From contig OZ076409.1 in NCBI GenBank assembly GCA_964187785.1, forward strand, positions 17,858,001 through 17,922,000: 64,000 bases of DNA. Reading direction: 5' to 3'. Both the position numbers and the translations under genes were made by a program. The notes beneath the pieces are model-generated. The model ran no database searches. It was not told the DNA's origin and saw only the letters and a program-made list of their open reading frames with translations. This document shows, piece after piece, positions 46,342 through 58,393 of this stretch (its first letter is position 1; every line of letters begins with the position of its first letter). Source of the stretch: Amphiscolops sp. MND2022. Lineage: Eukaryota.

Positions 46342-48279
46342 TTTTAGTAAATGTGTTCTTTGGGAAGAACCTCATAGAACCAAAAAGTTACTATAAGCTC
46401 GCACAACGTTTTTTGAAGCCGAAAACATTTGTGAAGGATATACCCTTTGACCAAAAGAACTTTTTTCGAAGAAAAATCGAAATCGAACAAGACCAAAAAA
46501 CGGATGGTCTTTTCCACATTGTTGAACAAACTGTCTTCAGTTCCACAGGGCCAAAGAGATTACCCTTAAGATTCGTTAAATGGTTTTCAGTTACAGAGAA
46601 CCTCTGAAAACCAAAAATTTGGTTATATAGCGCCAAAAAACTCTAGCGCCCTCTATGCTTGCAAAACCCCTTTTTCTGCTAAAAATAGAAGTTGTTTCTG
46701 TAATTAAAGCATAAAAATTACAATGGTATTGAAAAGAAAAACCAAAGGAAGCCCATTTTTTGTCTTTTCTCGCTTTTTGCAAGCATAAAAGCATGTTTAG
46801 TGCGTGACTCTAACCAACGTCCTGCTAACCAACCTCCTGCTAACTAACTCTAACCAACGTCCGGGACTTGAAAACTGGGCCAAAAGGAGGGAACCACCTT
46901 ATTTAAAATTCCATTTGAATTTATTATTCCAATCAAAAATTATAAAAGTGGATGTTTCACGGTGACTGAAGAAGAAAACTTCCCACTGTAAGAGTCTTGC
47001 ACTTTTTTTTCAAAATAGCGCTGCTGAAAAAAACTTGCCATTATAGGAGTGTGATGCAAAAAAACGTAGCCAAAAAAGACCCATTTCTGCCAAATTTTCA
47101 CAATTAAGTTTTTAAGATTTTGTGCGAAAATGCATTATTTGACACTAACTATTACTAGATTCTGGTAAAATTTCATCTGAAAACATTACAAAAGATTTTT
47201 AAAACTCTTGCAAACGTTGCATCGTTCGGCTGCATTGACAAATCTTCCCATTGTCGAACGATGCAACGTTTGTAAGAACTTTGTTTGTTGGAATTCGCGG
47301 CAAAAAACAGTAGTTGCAGCATGTCAATAAATCAATACACTGTAGAAATGCTATCAGAATCTTCTAAATAATGTTCGACAATGGAACAAATCCGCAAAAT
47401 CTGTGATTCTTGTACAATTATGCTCAAAAACCATAATAGACATGATTTTTGGCCAAATTTTGAAACTTCGGTGATTAAGAAAACTATGGGAGTTTCATAA
47501 TGATGCAACAGAAATACAATACAACTCTATAAATATTGGAAAGATAAACACGGCTTTTGACCTTAAGTTAGATGTGAGTTCAATCTTCGACTCTAGGCAT
47601 TGTTTCATCAGAATTGAAGTAAATCCCCGACTAACAATTTTTTTGTAGAAGTGATAAAGCATCTCGTCGAAAAAAAGACTGAGAATTTGCGGATATTTAG
47701 CTCACGTTTGACACAATTTTAATCCTCCTTTTATGATCGTAAGTATTTCTAATCAAATTTGTTGTATTCAAGTGTGGTGTTTGTACTTCGAAAATTGAAT
47801 TATTTATATTACTTCTGATAGCAAAAGTTCGAACGCTAGCTAGAACAAAAAGAAACTAGGAGTCGAATGATTTTCATGTCATTGACAATTTTTATTCGTT
47901 CCAAGCCGCGGCTTCCGATGATAACAGACTTGATCGAATTGATATGGTGAATTAAGAAATTGCTGCTAAAACCGTCTCGATTTTGTAGATTGTTCTGAGA
48001 AGTTTGTTTGATCAATCTCCAGTTAACATCAAAACTTCGATGATCATAGATTGCTATTTCGAATTATTATGTTTTGTTCCGTAGTTCATCATGTTTTGTT
48101 CTACAGATGAACAGCATGCGTTGACGCAGTCTCGTTTTAACACTACCCTGAACTAACCGTCCACGAGCGTATTTCATATGAGCCTGCTTTAAAACTTGTT
48201 TCAGGGTGAAACAATCTTGCATTGAAACAAACTTGAGCTGAAAATGATACTGAAACAACTGGTCCAAAATTGTACTGAC

Positions 48280-48528
48280 CGGCATTATTATCTAGGACGC
48301 ACTCATATCGCTTTTTGCCACCAAAGTTGAAGGGAAATCTGCAACCAGAACACGTCGGCCAGTGTTGTGCATAGTACTCAGCGGCCCCTCCGGTGGCATC
48401 TTGGTTGGGGTTGGTTATCTTGATGTTTATCTCCGTGTTTGATGTAGTCACTTCTGCGGTGGGAGCTTCTGGGTTTGTGTATACCCCCGTGGCAGGTACA
48501 AAATCACTCCATGTTGTCAAGTCTTCAT
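48280..48528 (-). CDS. Host exon: FN3 end/start plus start of FN2-like module 1
   Basis: ag|..|gtcagt, phase 1-1; WSDFVPATGVYTNPEAP..CRFPFNFGGKKRYEC. Confidence 0.82.
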
Positions 48529-48754
48529 CTATTGTTGGGCAATTGAACCTATTGGAAATGCATCAAGGACAATAAGAAACCCCAGGAGGAATTGTGGTGA
48601 ACATAAATCTATCTTTTAATTGGTTACAGTCTAAAACACTCCCAGTGAAATAATTGGTTACTGTCTAAAACACTCCCAGTGAAAAGATCAAAGCTCTTTT
48701 TTGGCTTTGCTACTGCATTTATGACATCTTCCCATGCAGTTGGAATTTACTGTC

Positions 48755-49203
48755 TGAAGAATAAGGAACAACAAACAAATTTAGATTAACTGTTGATAAA
48801 CAATCCGTTGCTATTTTTAGTTACCATTTGTTATTGTTGTTTACTAACAACTACATAGTTCTCTAGAATACCCTACTCCCATTACCATAAACTTTGCTCT
48901 AGAGAAAACATTGTTTCTTATAAACTCTTGTATTACAAGTCTAACTCGCAGTATACAACATGGCGCAGCCAACAATCTGAACTTACAGAAAACAAGAAAC
49001 TGCAAAAATGGAAGACGAACAAGACAACTTAACGGGAGAAGCAAGCAGCCAATCACTCCCAAACAATACAACAGCGAGATCGGCAGAACGGACAACAACA
49101 CAAAAGTTGCCCATTCCGATCTTAGAAAAAACCGATCACACCAGTGCAAAACTCTGGTGGAGAAAATTAACCCAATACATTAAAATGACACGGGAAATAG
49201 ACA
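48755..49203 (+). mobile_element. 5' fragment of a gypsy element (LTR-like segment, PBS, start of gag)
   Basis: TG..CAACA (48755-48960), then TGGCGCAGCC, then MEDEQ..AKLWWRKLTQYIKMTREID, truncated. Confidence 0.65.
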
Positions 49204-49221
49204 TGGCTTTGCTACTGCATT

Positions 49222-49785
49222 TATAAGGCTAGGACGTGGCTGAGCAGTGAAGACTTTCGTTTAGAAAGACAATTAGAAAAAGTAGTTAATTTGAAGATTA
49301 GTTTGGAAGGCTATTTCAGTTGATGAGCGCTGTGAAAAATTGTGGAAAGCACCGGGTATTTATACTCCAAAAGGTAAACATGCCATTTGTTAACGGTTGG
49401 GGACTTTGGAAGAATGCGGATGTGAATTTCCTTGATTTTTACAATCGGACATTCTCGAAGGAATTTTCCATCACACCGTCATGAAAAAATGTAATACTTC
49501 AATGCAAAAATCATGAACTTCAAAATCGCTTCATAATCCAATTTTGAGGTCATAGATGGGAGTCAGATGTTTGATATTTACGATACTTTCGACAGGTTGA
49601 ACTTGAAAGGTTAAACATCAACAAATAATTCGAGTCAGCTAGCACCATCATTTAATTCATTGCTCGAACAACTTGAAGCTTGCTAACATATCAGGTTAGT
49701 TTGTTTCTTCTCGATTTTGAGCTATTAATAAATAAAGTATAAGTTTTGTAGCTCAAGAAATTTGACTATGTTCTTTTCCTCAACA
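49222..49785 (-). repeat. 3' LTR of the copia element
   Basis: 564 bp, TG...TA on the minus strand; about a dozen differences from the other LTR. Confidence 0.93.
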
Positions 49786-49858
49786 CCCCCACTCAGATTG
49801 TTCCGGATGTCGTAGGAAGAATCTGCATTCAACCCAAAAGTTGCTTTCGATGTTGCTC

Positions 49859-52670
49859 CTATTTCACTTGTGGAAGTGCCTTCGTCAACAGATCTGCTGC
49901 CAGTTGATCAGTTAGCGTATAGACTAGTTGAATTGAATTGTCATCAACTTTCTCCCGTAAGAAGTGGAATTTCGGGTCAATATGTTTTGATCGCTTGTGC
50001 ATCACAGGGTTAGTTGCCAGCTTGATGCAACTTTGATTATCTTTCATCTCATAGTATTTATCCCATCTCTCATGTAACACTTTTTCACTTGACGGGATTG
50101 CAGATTTCAGGTACTGTCCTGTTAGTTCCAATTTACTTTAGTTTTTGGTCTCACGACCTGAGGTGTTCGCTGAACATCACTTGATGTCTGAAAGTGTTCC
50201 TGTAGGACAGGAATTCTTGAAGGCCTTGTCCGGAAATTTTGATCTGTCCTACTGGGCGTTAGTTCCTGAACCTGCACTTCTGAGTTAGGAATTATCGTGT
50301 TAGTAGTGTCAACGTTACTTTCAGATTCGCTACTTGATGAATTTTCATCATCAGTGACGTTTTCTACTTTCACTTCAAATTCAGGATCTCGTCCTTCACT
50401 TCTATTTTTGGTATTTTTTCAGGCTCGTTATTCTCACTTACATCAAACGTTACATCGAAAAGAAGATCATCATTTTCGTCTTCTCTTGCTTCGTTTGTGA
50501 ACCCAACGATCTTTTTTTCGTTGAACACGACGTTGCGGGCTCGTGTGAACTTCCTAGTTTCAATATCTTGCATATGTTTCCGTGCTTTGGCATCGAACTT
50601 TGATTTTTCACGTTTTCGGTTTTTAACGTATGCTAGACAACCGAGAACCTTCAGATGATCTATTTTGGGTTTTTCACCCCAAAATTTCTCAGAAGGCGTT
50701 TTCTCGTTTTGGGCCTTTTTAACTAGGTTTCTCACATAGGCTGCAGTGTCAACAGCTCTGAGCCAATAGCATTTTGGGATTTTTGACTCAATTAAAAGAC
50801 TTCGAGCGGTCTCTTCAACTGTTCGGTTGTATCGCTCTGCGACACCATTCTGTTCCGGAGCTTCAGGAACGGTGTATTCAGTCTTGATTTTGTTGTTGGC
50901 ACAGAAACTTCTGAAGGTTTTGTTCGTATACTCGGTACCATTGTACCGGAGTATACGGAGAGTCCCGCATTCAGCAATGTACTCCTTGAATTTTTGCAAA
51001 ACTTGGTTTTTGTGACGCATGAACTTCACACAAGCATGCGAACTGTATTCATCGACGAACGTTACGAAGTATCTAAATCCATATTTACTCGATGGAGTGA
51101 TTGGTCCAACAACATCGCTGAAAACTCTTTCGCGAGCTTTCGTAGCTTTATTTTCAGATCGTTTCGGGACAGGAGTTTTGGTTATTTTGGCTAAGCAACA
51201 AGTTTCGCATTTTTCGTCTATATCCGAGAAGTTTTTCGAAACCGAGGTTTTTAGGTCTCTATAATTCAAGTGTCCCAAACGTTTGTGCCAAAGTTGTGCC
51301 TCGTTTGACCCCCCATTCAAATAAGTGGTTTCCTTGCTTTGGGGCCATGCGCAGAAAGAAAAGATTTCCTTTTCTTTTGATGGGGAATTTCTCTTTGCTT
51401 TTAAGGCAAAGGCAATTGTTTTTCGCATCGTGAACAACTGTGTGTCCATTTTCTACAATACGCGATACCGAGATTAGGTTAGTTCGGTATCCTGGCACAA
51501 ATAAAGCTTTTCTTAAAACTAAAGACTTAGTTTTCCCCTTTACATCTTTGGCTAAGACCTCGACTTCTCCTATTCCTAGGACGTTCGTATTACCTCCATC
51601 GGGATTGGTAACTGTCGTTTCTATTTCTTTGATGTTTTTGAACCAGTTTTTGTTCACTATTACATGGCCTGTACTTCCTGAATCTACAACTAGATCCTTT
51701 GCTGTTGCCTCACTTGATCCTCCTGACTTGAGACTTGATGCTAAGCTACCGTGCTTGCCTCCCTTGGAATTTTCAGGTTTTTTCATACATGCCTTTTCTA
51801 AATGGCCTTTCATTTTGCAATAATTACATTCTGCCTTATCCTTATGGAAACAATCTGCTTTTACGTGTCCTTTAGTGCCACAGCAGTAGCATATCTGTCC
51901 TGTGCTCAACTTAGGCGCAGCGTTATATTTACCCGAGGACTTGGGTTTTCGCCTGTGTCTCTTGCTTGACATTGCCACATGTGAATCATCGTCGTCTAGT
52001 TTCTCCCTGTGTTGACGGCTTTCTTCGTAATTGGTTAGACGTGTCCTCAGCTCCACAAAGCTGCCAGCAGGATTGAAACTCTCTAGGACAACGAAGTGCT
52101 CGTAGCGATCAGGTAAACCATTGAGCACCAAGGCATTGAGCAGTGGCTCTGAAAGATGTTCCCTGCTTGCTCCAGGCGAGTTGAGAGCTCCTGGGCTCTG
52201 ATGAAGTAGTTGTGGAGTGCCTCGTCTTCTCTTAGTGCCAAGCGAGCCAGTTGCCTCATCACACTCACAACAGTGACTGTTTCATTGCTTCTGAACCTCT
52301 CTTGTAGAAGCCCCCAAGCCTTGTGGCCGTCACCGAGGCCTTTGTTATCAACGCAGTCATGCCGGATCAACATCAGACTTGTAGAATCAAGAACAATCGC
52401 AAGGTAGCACCAGAGTGTGTTCTTGCGTTTCTCGATGTCGTCGAGAGCACGTAGATGTGCTGCTTCAACTGCGTCGTGAGCAGCGCGGGCTTCGTCTGTT
52501 GGGTCATTACCAAGCCGCGTTGGTGGAGTTGGGGGTCGCTCATTGCCAGTGAGCGTGTCGAAGAGGCCTTTTGTTTGAGAAAAGGCTAGAAATCTGGTGC
52601 TCCAGATTGGGTAGTCCTCCGTTAGGCCCGAGAAGCAGAGCCATTTGAGATTATTGCTATTGCTTCCCAT
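49859..52670 (-). pseudogene. Copia gag-pol remnants
   Basis: Knuckles CYCCGTKGHVKADC and CNYCKMKGHLEKAC; VVDSGST protease; LWHKRLGH..CETC, SDVVGP, QNGVAER integrase; DNQSCI..HKRSKHID..ADLLTKAL RNase H end; several frameshifts. Confidence 0.92.
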
Positions 52671-52886
52671 TTCAAGTTTTTTCGAACCTACTAAGCTCAG
52701 CCGATAGTTAATTTTTTCTATCGTTGAGTAGTGCAATGCTAACCTCCCAGCCACAACCTGTCTAAACTGGAACCGGGTTAGCTACTCAACGGCTGAGATC
52801 CTACTAAGCCTTTTGAATTGGGACGTGGGATCTATTCCCCCTAGATTGACTGAAAAACTTAACTGCCTTTCACTGGGCCCATAACC

Positions 52887-53449
52887 TATAAAGCTAGGAC
52901 GTGGCTGAGCAGTGAAGACTTTCGTTTAGAAAGACAATTAGAAAAAGTAGTTAATTTGAAGATTTGTTTGGAAGGCTATTTCAGTTGATGAGCGCTGTGA
53001 AAAATTGTCTAAAGCACCGGGTATTTATACTCCAAAAGGTAAACATGACATTTGTTAAAGGTTGGGGACTTTGGAGAATGCGGATGTGAATTTCCTTGAT
53101 TTTTACAATCGGACATTCTGGAAGGAATTTTCCATCACACCGTCATGAAAAAATGTAATACTTCAATGCAATAATCATGAACTTCAGAATCGCTTCATAA
53201 TCCAATTTTGAGGTCATAGATGGGAGTCAGATGTTTGATATTTACGATACTTTCGACAGGTTGAACTTGAAAGGTTAAACATCAACAAATAATTCGAGTC
53301 AGCTAGCACCATCATTTAATTCATTGCTCGAACAACTTGAAGTTTGCTAACATATCAGGTTAGTTTGTTTCTTCTCGATTTTGAGCTATTATAAAATAAA
53401 GTATAAGTTTTGTAGCTCAAGAAATTTGACTAAGTTCTTTTCCTCAACA
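52887..53449 (-). repeat. 5' LTR of the copia element
   Basis: 563 bp, followed on the minus strand by the PBS. Confidence 0.93.
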
Positions 53450-56400
53450 GCATTTATGACAGCTTTCCATGCAGTTGGAATTTACTGTCAATTTCTGACC
53501 GAGACCCTGCGCTGGAAGCATTTCTCAGAATTTCACCGTGAACGGGGGCGGAATCTCTGTAAGTAACTTGGATTGGAACCTTTCGATTATCAGTCGGCGC
53601 TTTTCTCTGGGCTTTTTTCAAGACGAGCGAACTGACACATTTCTACTAGTATTCTATCGGTTTCGTCGTCTTTAAAACAAGGGTGCGTGCTTGTGTAGTG
53701 TTTCGAATCTCATGATGGACAGTTTTTATCTGATTTTCGCAGCGGGTCCGAAAAAGTCCAGAAGCAAACGTGATCAGAGAGACCAACTCGTTTTGAGCCC
53801 TTTGTGTTTTTCGGCGCTCTGAAACTTTTTTCAGAACTTTTTCAATTTCATCAAATGGTATTCCATTCAATTTTTTAAAGAATTCATCTCGGAAAAAACG
53901 TTCAACGAGCCTAAAGAATCTCCTTTCGGGGTTTTTCGGAAATATGCGATTTTCTTGAAAGAAATTTTTTGAAGAAAAAAAATCAAAAAATGGGGTTTTC
54001 CGATGGTTCCATTTCAGAAAAAAAGTAAGTCGTATCCAGTCTCAAGGGACCCCTTCGGGTGTTTTGGCACCGTATGGTAATTGGAAAGTTTTAAAATAGT
54101 TTTCGTTCGAATATTTCGATTTCGCTCTTTTTGAAATTGTTCACTATAAAGAGTTATTTCTTTCGTTTTATCGTTCTGTGTTTTGTTAAAGAAGCAATAA
54201 AAATGGTTTCCCAAAAATAACTTTTCGTAAAACATACGATGCTCGTTGAAGAAGCCAATTTAGGGAGAGCCAACCTTAATTAGGGAGAGTGAGCTATCGT
54301 TAGAATGCCGAGGAGAAAGCGAGTTCTCAAATTTGGAAAACGTAACAGGAACAGCTGATAAAGGTCACATATAGTTTATGGAAATGTTCGTTTTCAACTG
54401 AGGATTTCGAAAAAGTGAAGAAAGCAAAAGATATTGCTAACCAGATCTGAATTCGCAAGGCTTCCATGCAATTCCATACCAGGAACCGTATGGAACCATA
54501 CAGTGTTTTGTTTGGAATCATATGAAACTAATGTAATAATTAGATAACATTCATGATAACCAAAAGCTACACTAATTGCCAACGGAACGGCATAAGTCGG
54601 CTCCCTTTCTAAGTCTCAAAAATGGCAAAAGAATTTCAAATTGTCAAGTATTCTTTTACCGTACCTGAAAAACCCAAAAGTTGGACCGAATTGGCGCGCT
54701 AAAAGGGGAACAATTTCGGATTTCTTAACATTCAGTGTTGCAAAACATCAAAAAATTGAAGGGAGACCCTTCGGGAAAAAATCGATCACTTGTCAGTTTC
54801 TTTTGCATCCATACCGTGAAAAAAACTAAAAATGATGTCATGATTCCATGCAATTCCATGCATTGAATTATGTGATTCCATTCGGTTCCATGAAAATGGC
54901 ATAAAGTTATCGTATGGAACCATATGGTCCACGCATAGAATTGCATGCAATCGCATGGGCCGTTCGATCCGGATACAAGAACAAACCGAGAACAGCTCAA
55001 GTCGGCGCCCAGGATAGAACTCAAAAACAACGAAGTCTTTCGAATGTGCTCAAGGACAATTTTCATTCTCACAGTGCCTAAAAATACATGATTTAGGCAT
55101 CCTTGAGATCATAGAAAAATTTCTAATTAGACACAATTTACAAAAAAAATTCATTAAAAAGTGGAGTTTATCGAATAACTTTCGCAGTGCCAAAAAAACA
55201 TAAAAGGTGACTCTTTAAGACCAGAAAACATTTCTTCCGTGGAGGAAAAAGTTCTCGCGCAGCTAACGGTTTTCCTTTGTTTAAACAGTAGAAAAATTTG
55301 AAATGGGGAAAAATATTCTGTGGGGAAAAGTGTATTGAAAAGTTGCACAGCAGTGACTCTTTGCTACATTTTAGGCTTGTATTTTGGTCTCAAATACAGT
55401 TTAGATGTGTTTCACTTCACCGTGACGACAACATGAAATGACAAACGATCGAACGATGTTGAAAAAGAAGGACAAAAAGAGTAGAGACTAACTACAATTT
55501 GAAGCCGAAGAAAACGCAGAGCTAGAGGAACTGGCTTCAAATGAATTTTTGGACGATGCAGCGGCATTCGCAACGGCCGATCAAACCGTCGGAAATAGAG
55601 TTGTTTTCAGCTTAGCTGATGAGCAAGGGAAACACATTCCAGGAAAAAAATTGTCAAACCAAATGGAAAACAAAATTTCAAGTAGTTCGCAAAATTTCAC
55701 TACTTGGGCAGTAGTGGACAAAACCATCGAAGAAAGTCAAAGGCTTCTTAGTCGGCAGAGAACGTCGCACACTGTTACACTGGTTCAGGTGTCTGTCCAT
55801 GAAGTTGAAATTGATGCTTTTTTGATTTTCTGTTTCAAAAACGCGTTGAACTCTTGCAGGTCAATAACAACCGTCAGGTATTTGAAATTGATCTTTAATT
55901 TTTTCAGCATTCATTTGGTTCTGGGTGAAACAAAGTGTTCCCGTGAAAAGGTGGTTAATCAAAACAGAGCCTGGAAGACAGTTTGGATGGAACATTTAAT
56001 TGATGAATTTCTTTGTCAATTTTGACCCTTCGTTTTTTGGATAAGCAAGATGCTGAAGTTTTTTCACTTTCACAGGCAGTTATAGGGCAAGCTTGTATAA
56101 GAGTCTGGAATTGGGGGCCTAACAGGTCACAAAAAAACAGGTTTCTCAGAAGAAAAGTATATAGCGTACCAGGCGCTTTGCACGCACGGTCTTACCGAAA
56201 CGGTTGTTTGCTGTGGCGTGCTATGGTCGGTTGGTCAGATAAGTTGAGGTCTAGATAGATACTTGTTGATTGACGCATTAGAATATTTAGCGGATTGGAA
56301 TATCACCCTTACAACAGGAAAGTTGAATGTGGGCCTGAGCGCTACAAACTAAATATGTTGAGAGAGATGCAGGTTCGAGAGGGGCCTTGTAGCAGGTTCC

Positions 56401-56993
56401 ACCAGTTATTGTACTTTTCGATATTGTTTTTCTCTGAGAAGCTTTATCGCTCCTGAAAACGTAACTTTCCTGTGAATAAATTGTCAGCATCACCAGCGCT
56501 TACGCATATTGGAGAAGGTTTCGCGGGACATTTGTACCTGAACTACTTCGACCCGAACGTTGGCAGCTGTCAGGTGTTTTTATGTATCTTCACATGTGAG
56601 TTGTCGGGGGCAGGACACTTGGTAGTGACCCAAAGCCTCAAGATTCTAGCATTCTGCGTGTCAACAATAAGTTCCCGAAAACTCTTGCGGTTCAGTCATG
56701 AAATGTGTTGTCAAAAGAATACACAATCTAACTACGTCAGTGTAGTACTGAATGAAAAGCCGCTGCGTCCATTACCGCAAAATATCGAAGCTGCTACAAG
56801 GCAGGCAAGCTAAAGACCTTTTGCAATAGATTTCATCAAAGAAAGTTTTGCAGAAGAAAGAAGGAAACACAATGGCTGCAAAACCTAAGTTGAAGTTGAA
56901 ATGAATTAGGTACAGTAATGTTTTCTGATCCGACAAGGAAACCCTTTTTCGGAACACCTGTAATTTTTAAGCTTTGGAAATTTGATTCTATCT

Positions 56994-57860
56994 CCCAGGT
57001 TTTCGATCTTTGCGAATCTGTGCAGATCTGCAGGATTTTTTCTGCAGGGTTCTGCAAAGATCGTTGCACTGAATCTTGAAGATCCATACAGATCTGCAAG
57101 ATCTTTACTGAAGTGTGCAGATTTTCTTGAAAGATTTTTGCAGAAACATGTTTTTCTGCAGCTTTTAAGGAACAAATATACTGCATTTTTGGACTTCTTC
57201 AACTACTTTATCGAGTATTTTAGCTGACCTAAGGTCAGTCAGTAGAAACTCTCCATCACTCAAAATTCATGAGAAGGAAATATTGTCCCCATCACGGTAA
57301 TTTTGGTGCCTGGGGAATATTTGGTATAGGTCATACACTAATTTAGTGTTTCACTCGAACTTTCCAGAAGCGGTTGTTCAACTGAGAGGCTCCTTTGCCA
57401 TATTGACTTCGTTTTGGCAGATAAAACTTGACATGTGGCAACCTTCTGGGTTGGTCGATGTGTTGATAAAGTGTTTTTGTTATAATATTTCCGCAACATA
57501 GTTTGCTGGAGTATTTTTAGTAATTGCTGTTAACTCGGAATACGTTATAGTAATTTAATGGTCATTGTTTGGCTCTGTAAAGATCTGTAAAGATCTGTAG
57601 TCTCTACAGATCTTTACAGATTGCTACAGAAAAATGTTTTATCATTTTGACATAAATGAGATTTCTCTCGGGTTTTAAGCATTTTTATTATTCGTTTAAC
57701 ACTGCTGTGGGGTTTCTATTGTGTTTCTAAGTGGGTCATTTTTCTTCGAATCTGCACATATCTGCAAAGATCTGCAAAATTTCTGCACATCTGCACATAT
57801 CAGAAAGATCTGCAAAAATCTTGCAGATCTGCACAGATTCGCAAAGATCGAAAACCTGGG
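56994..57860. mobile_element. Non-autonomous TIR DNA transposon (CCCAGG termini)
   Basis: TIR CCCAGGTTTTCGATCTTTGCGAATCTGTGCAGATCTGCA at both ends; CT on both flanks; many AGATCT subterminal repeats; related terminus at 40493, 42683 and 44351. Confidence 0.85.
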
Positions 57861-58156
57861 CTGTAATTAACTAGATGGCGAATAATCAACCAGAGGCATT
57901 TCAGCAATGCCTTGCTGTTACAAGAGAATAATTTGTCGAATAAATGAAGAATGATCAAGAAACATTATAGCAGAATATTTATGAATCACCGTCACTTTTT
58001 GCTTGAGAATAAATAAAAAATTAAAGATTTTTATCGTTCTTGGATCTGAAAATAATCTTTTTACTTTGTTGAAGATTCGCAGGGAACTTTGTTTCGAAAA
58101 CATTATACAAAACTGGCTCCCACAAAAAAGCCATGTTGGTCGCTTGGGGATTAGAC

Positions 58157-58393
58157 CTGAAAAGGCTACTAACACGGCTCCCACTCGGTACATGTAGAAG
58201 GAAGCTGCATCTAGACTTTCGAAGGTATGTTTAGCTGTTGTTATGCTGCCTGCGGGGTTTTCAACAGCTGCTTCACTATTCTTCTGGAACTGGTACTTCG
58301 TAGGGACGGATGAAGCATCTGGCTGGTCACACTCCACTCGTTGGGTGTCGTGAGCCACTGGAATCACTTTGCAGTTCGTAGGAGCTGTTGGGT
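58157..58393 (-). CDS. Host FN3-repeat protein exon
   Basis: ttcag acceptor; PTAPTNCKVIP..LDAASFYMYRVGAV; donor gtctaa is weak but phase-compatible. Confidence 0.75.

Larger units (their letters stand above)
49222..53449 (-). mobile_element. Ty1/copia LTR retrotransposon, internally deleted (no RT) and frameshifted
   Basis: LTRs 52887-53449 and 49222-49785; TSD GCATT (49217-49221, 53450-53454); PBS GGTTATGGGCCCAG (52873-52886); PPT TGAGTGGGGG; order gag-PR-IN-(RH end). Confidence 0.95.

Noticed and set aside
55549..56813. Cluster of 70-160-aa ORFs, possibly a decayed DNA element
   Set aside because: No motif I can recognise; cannot support a call without a search
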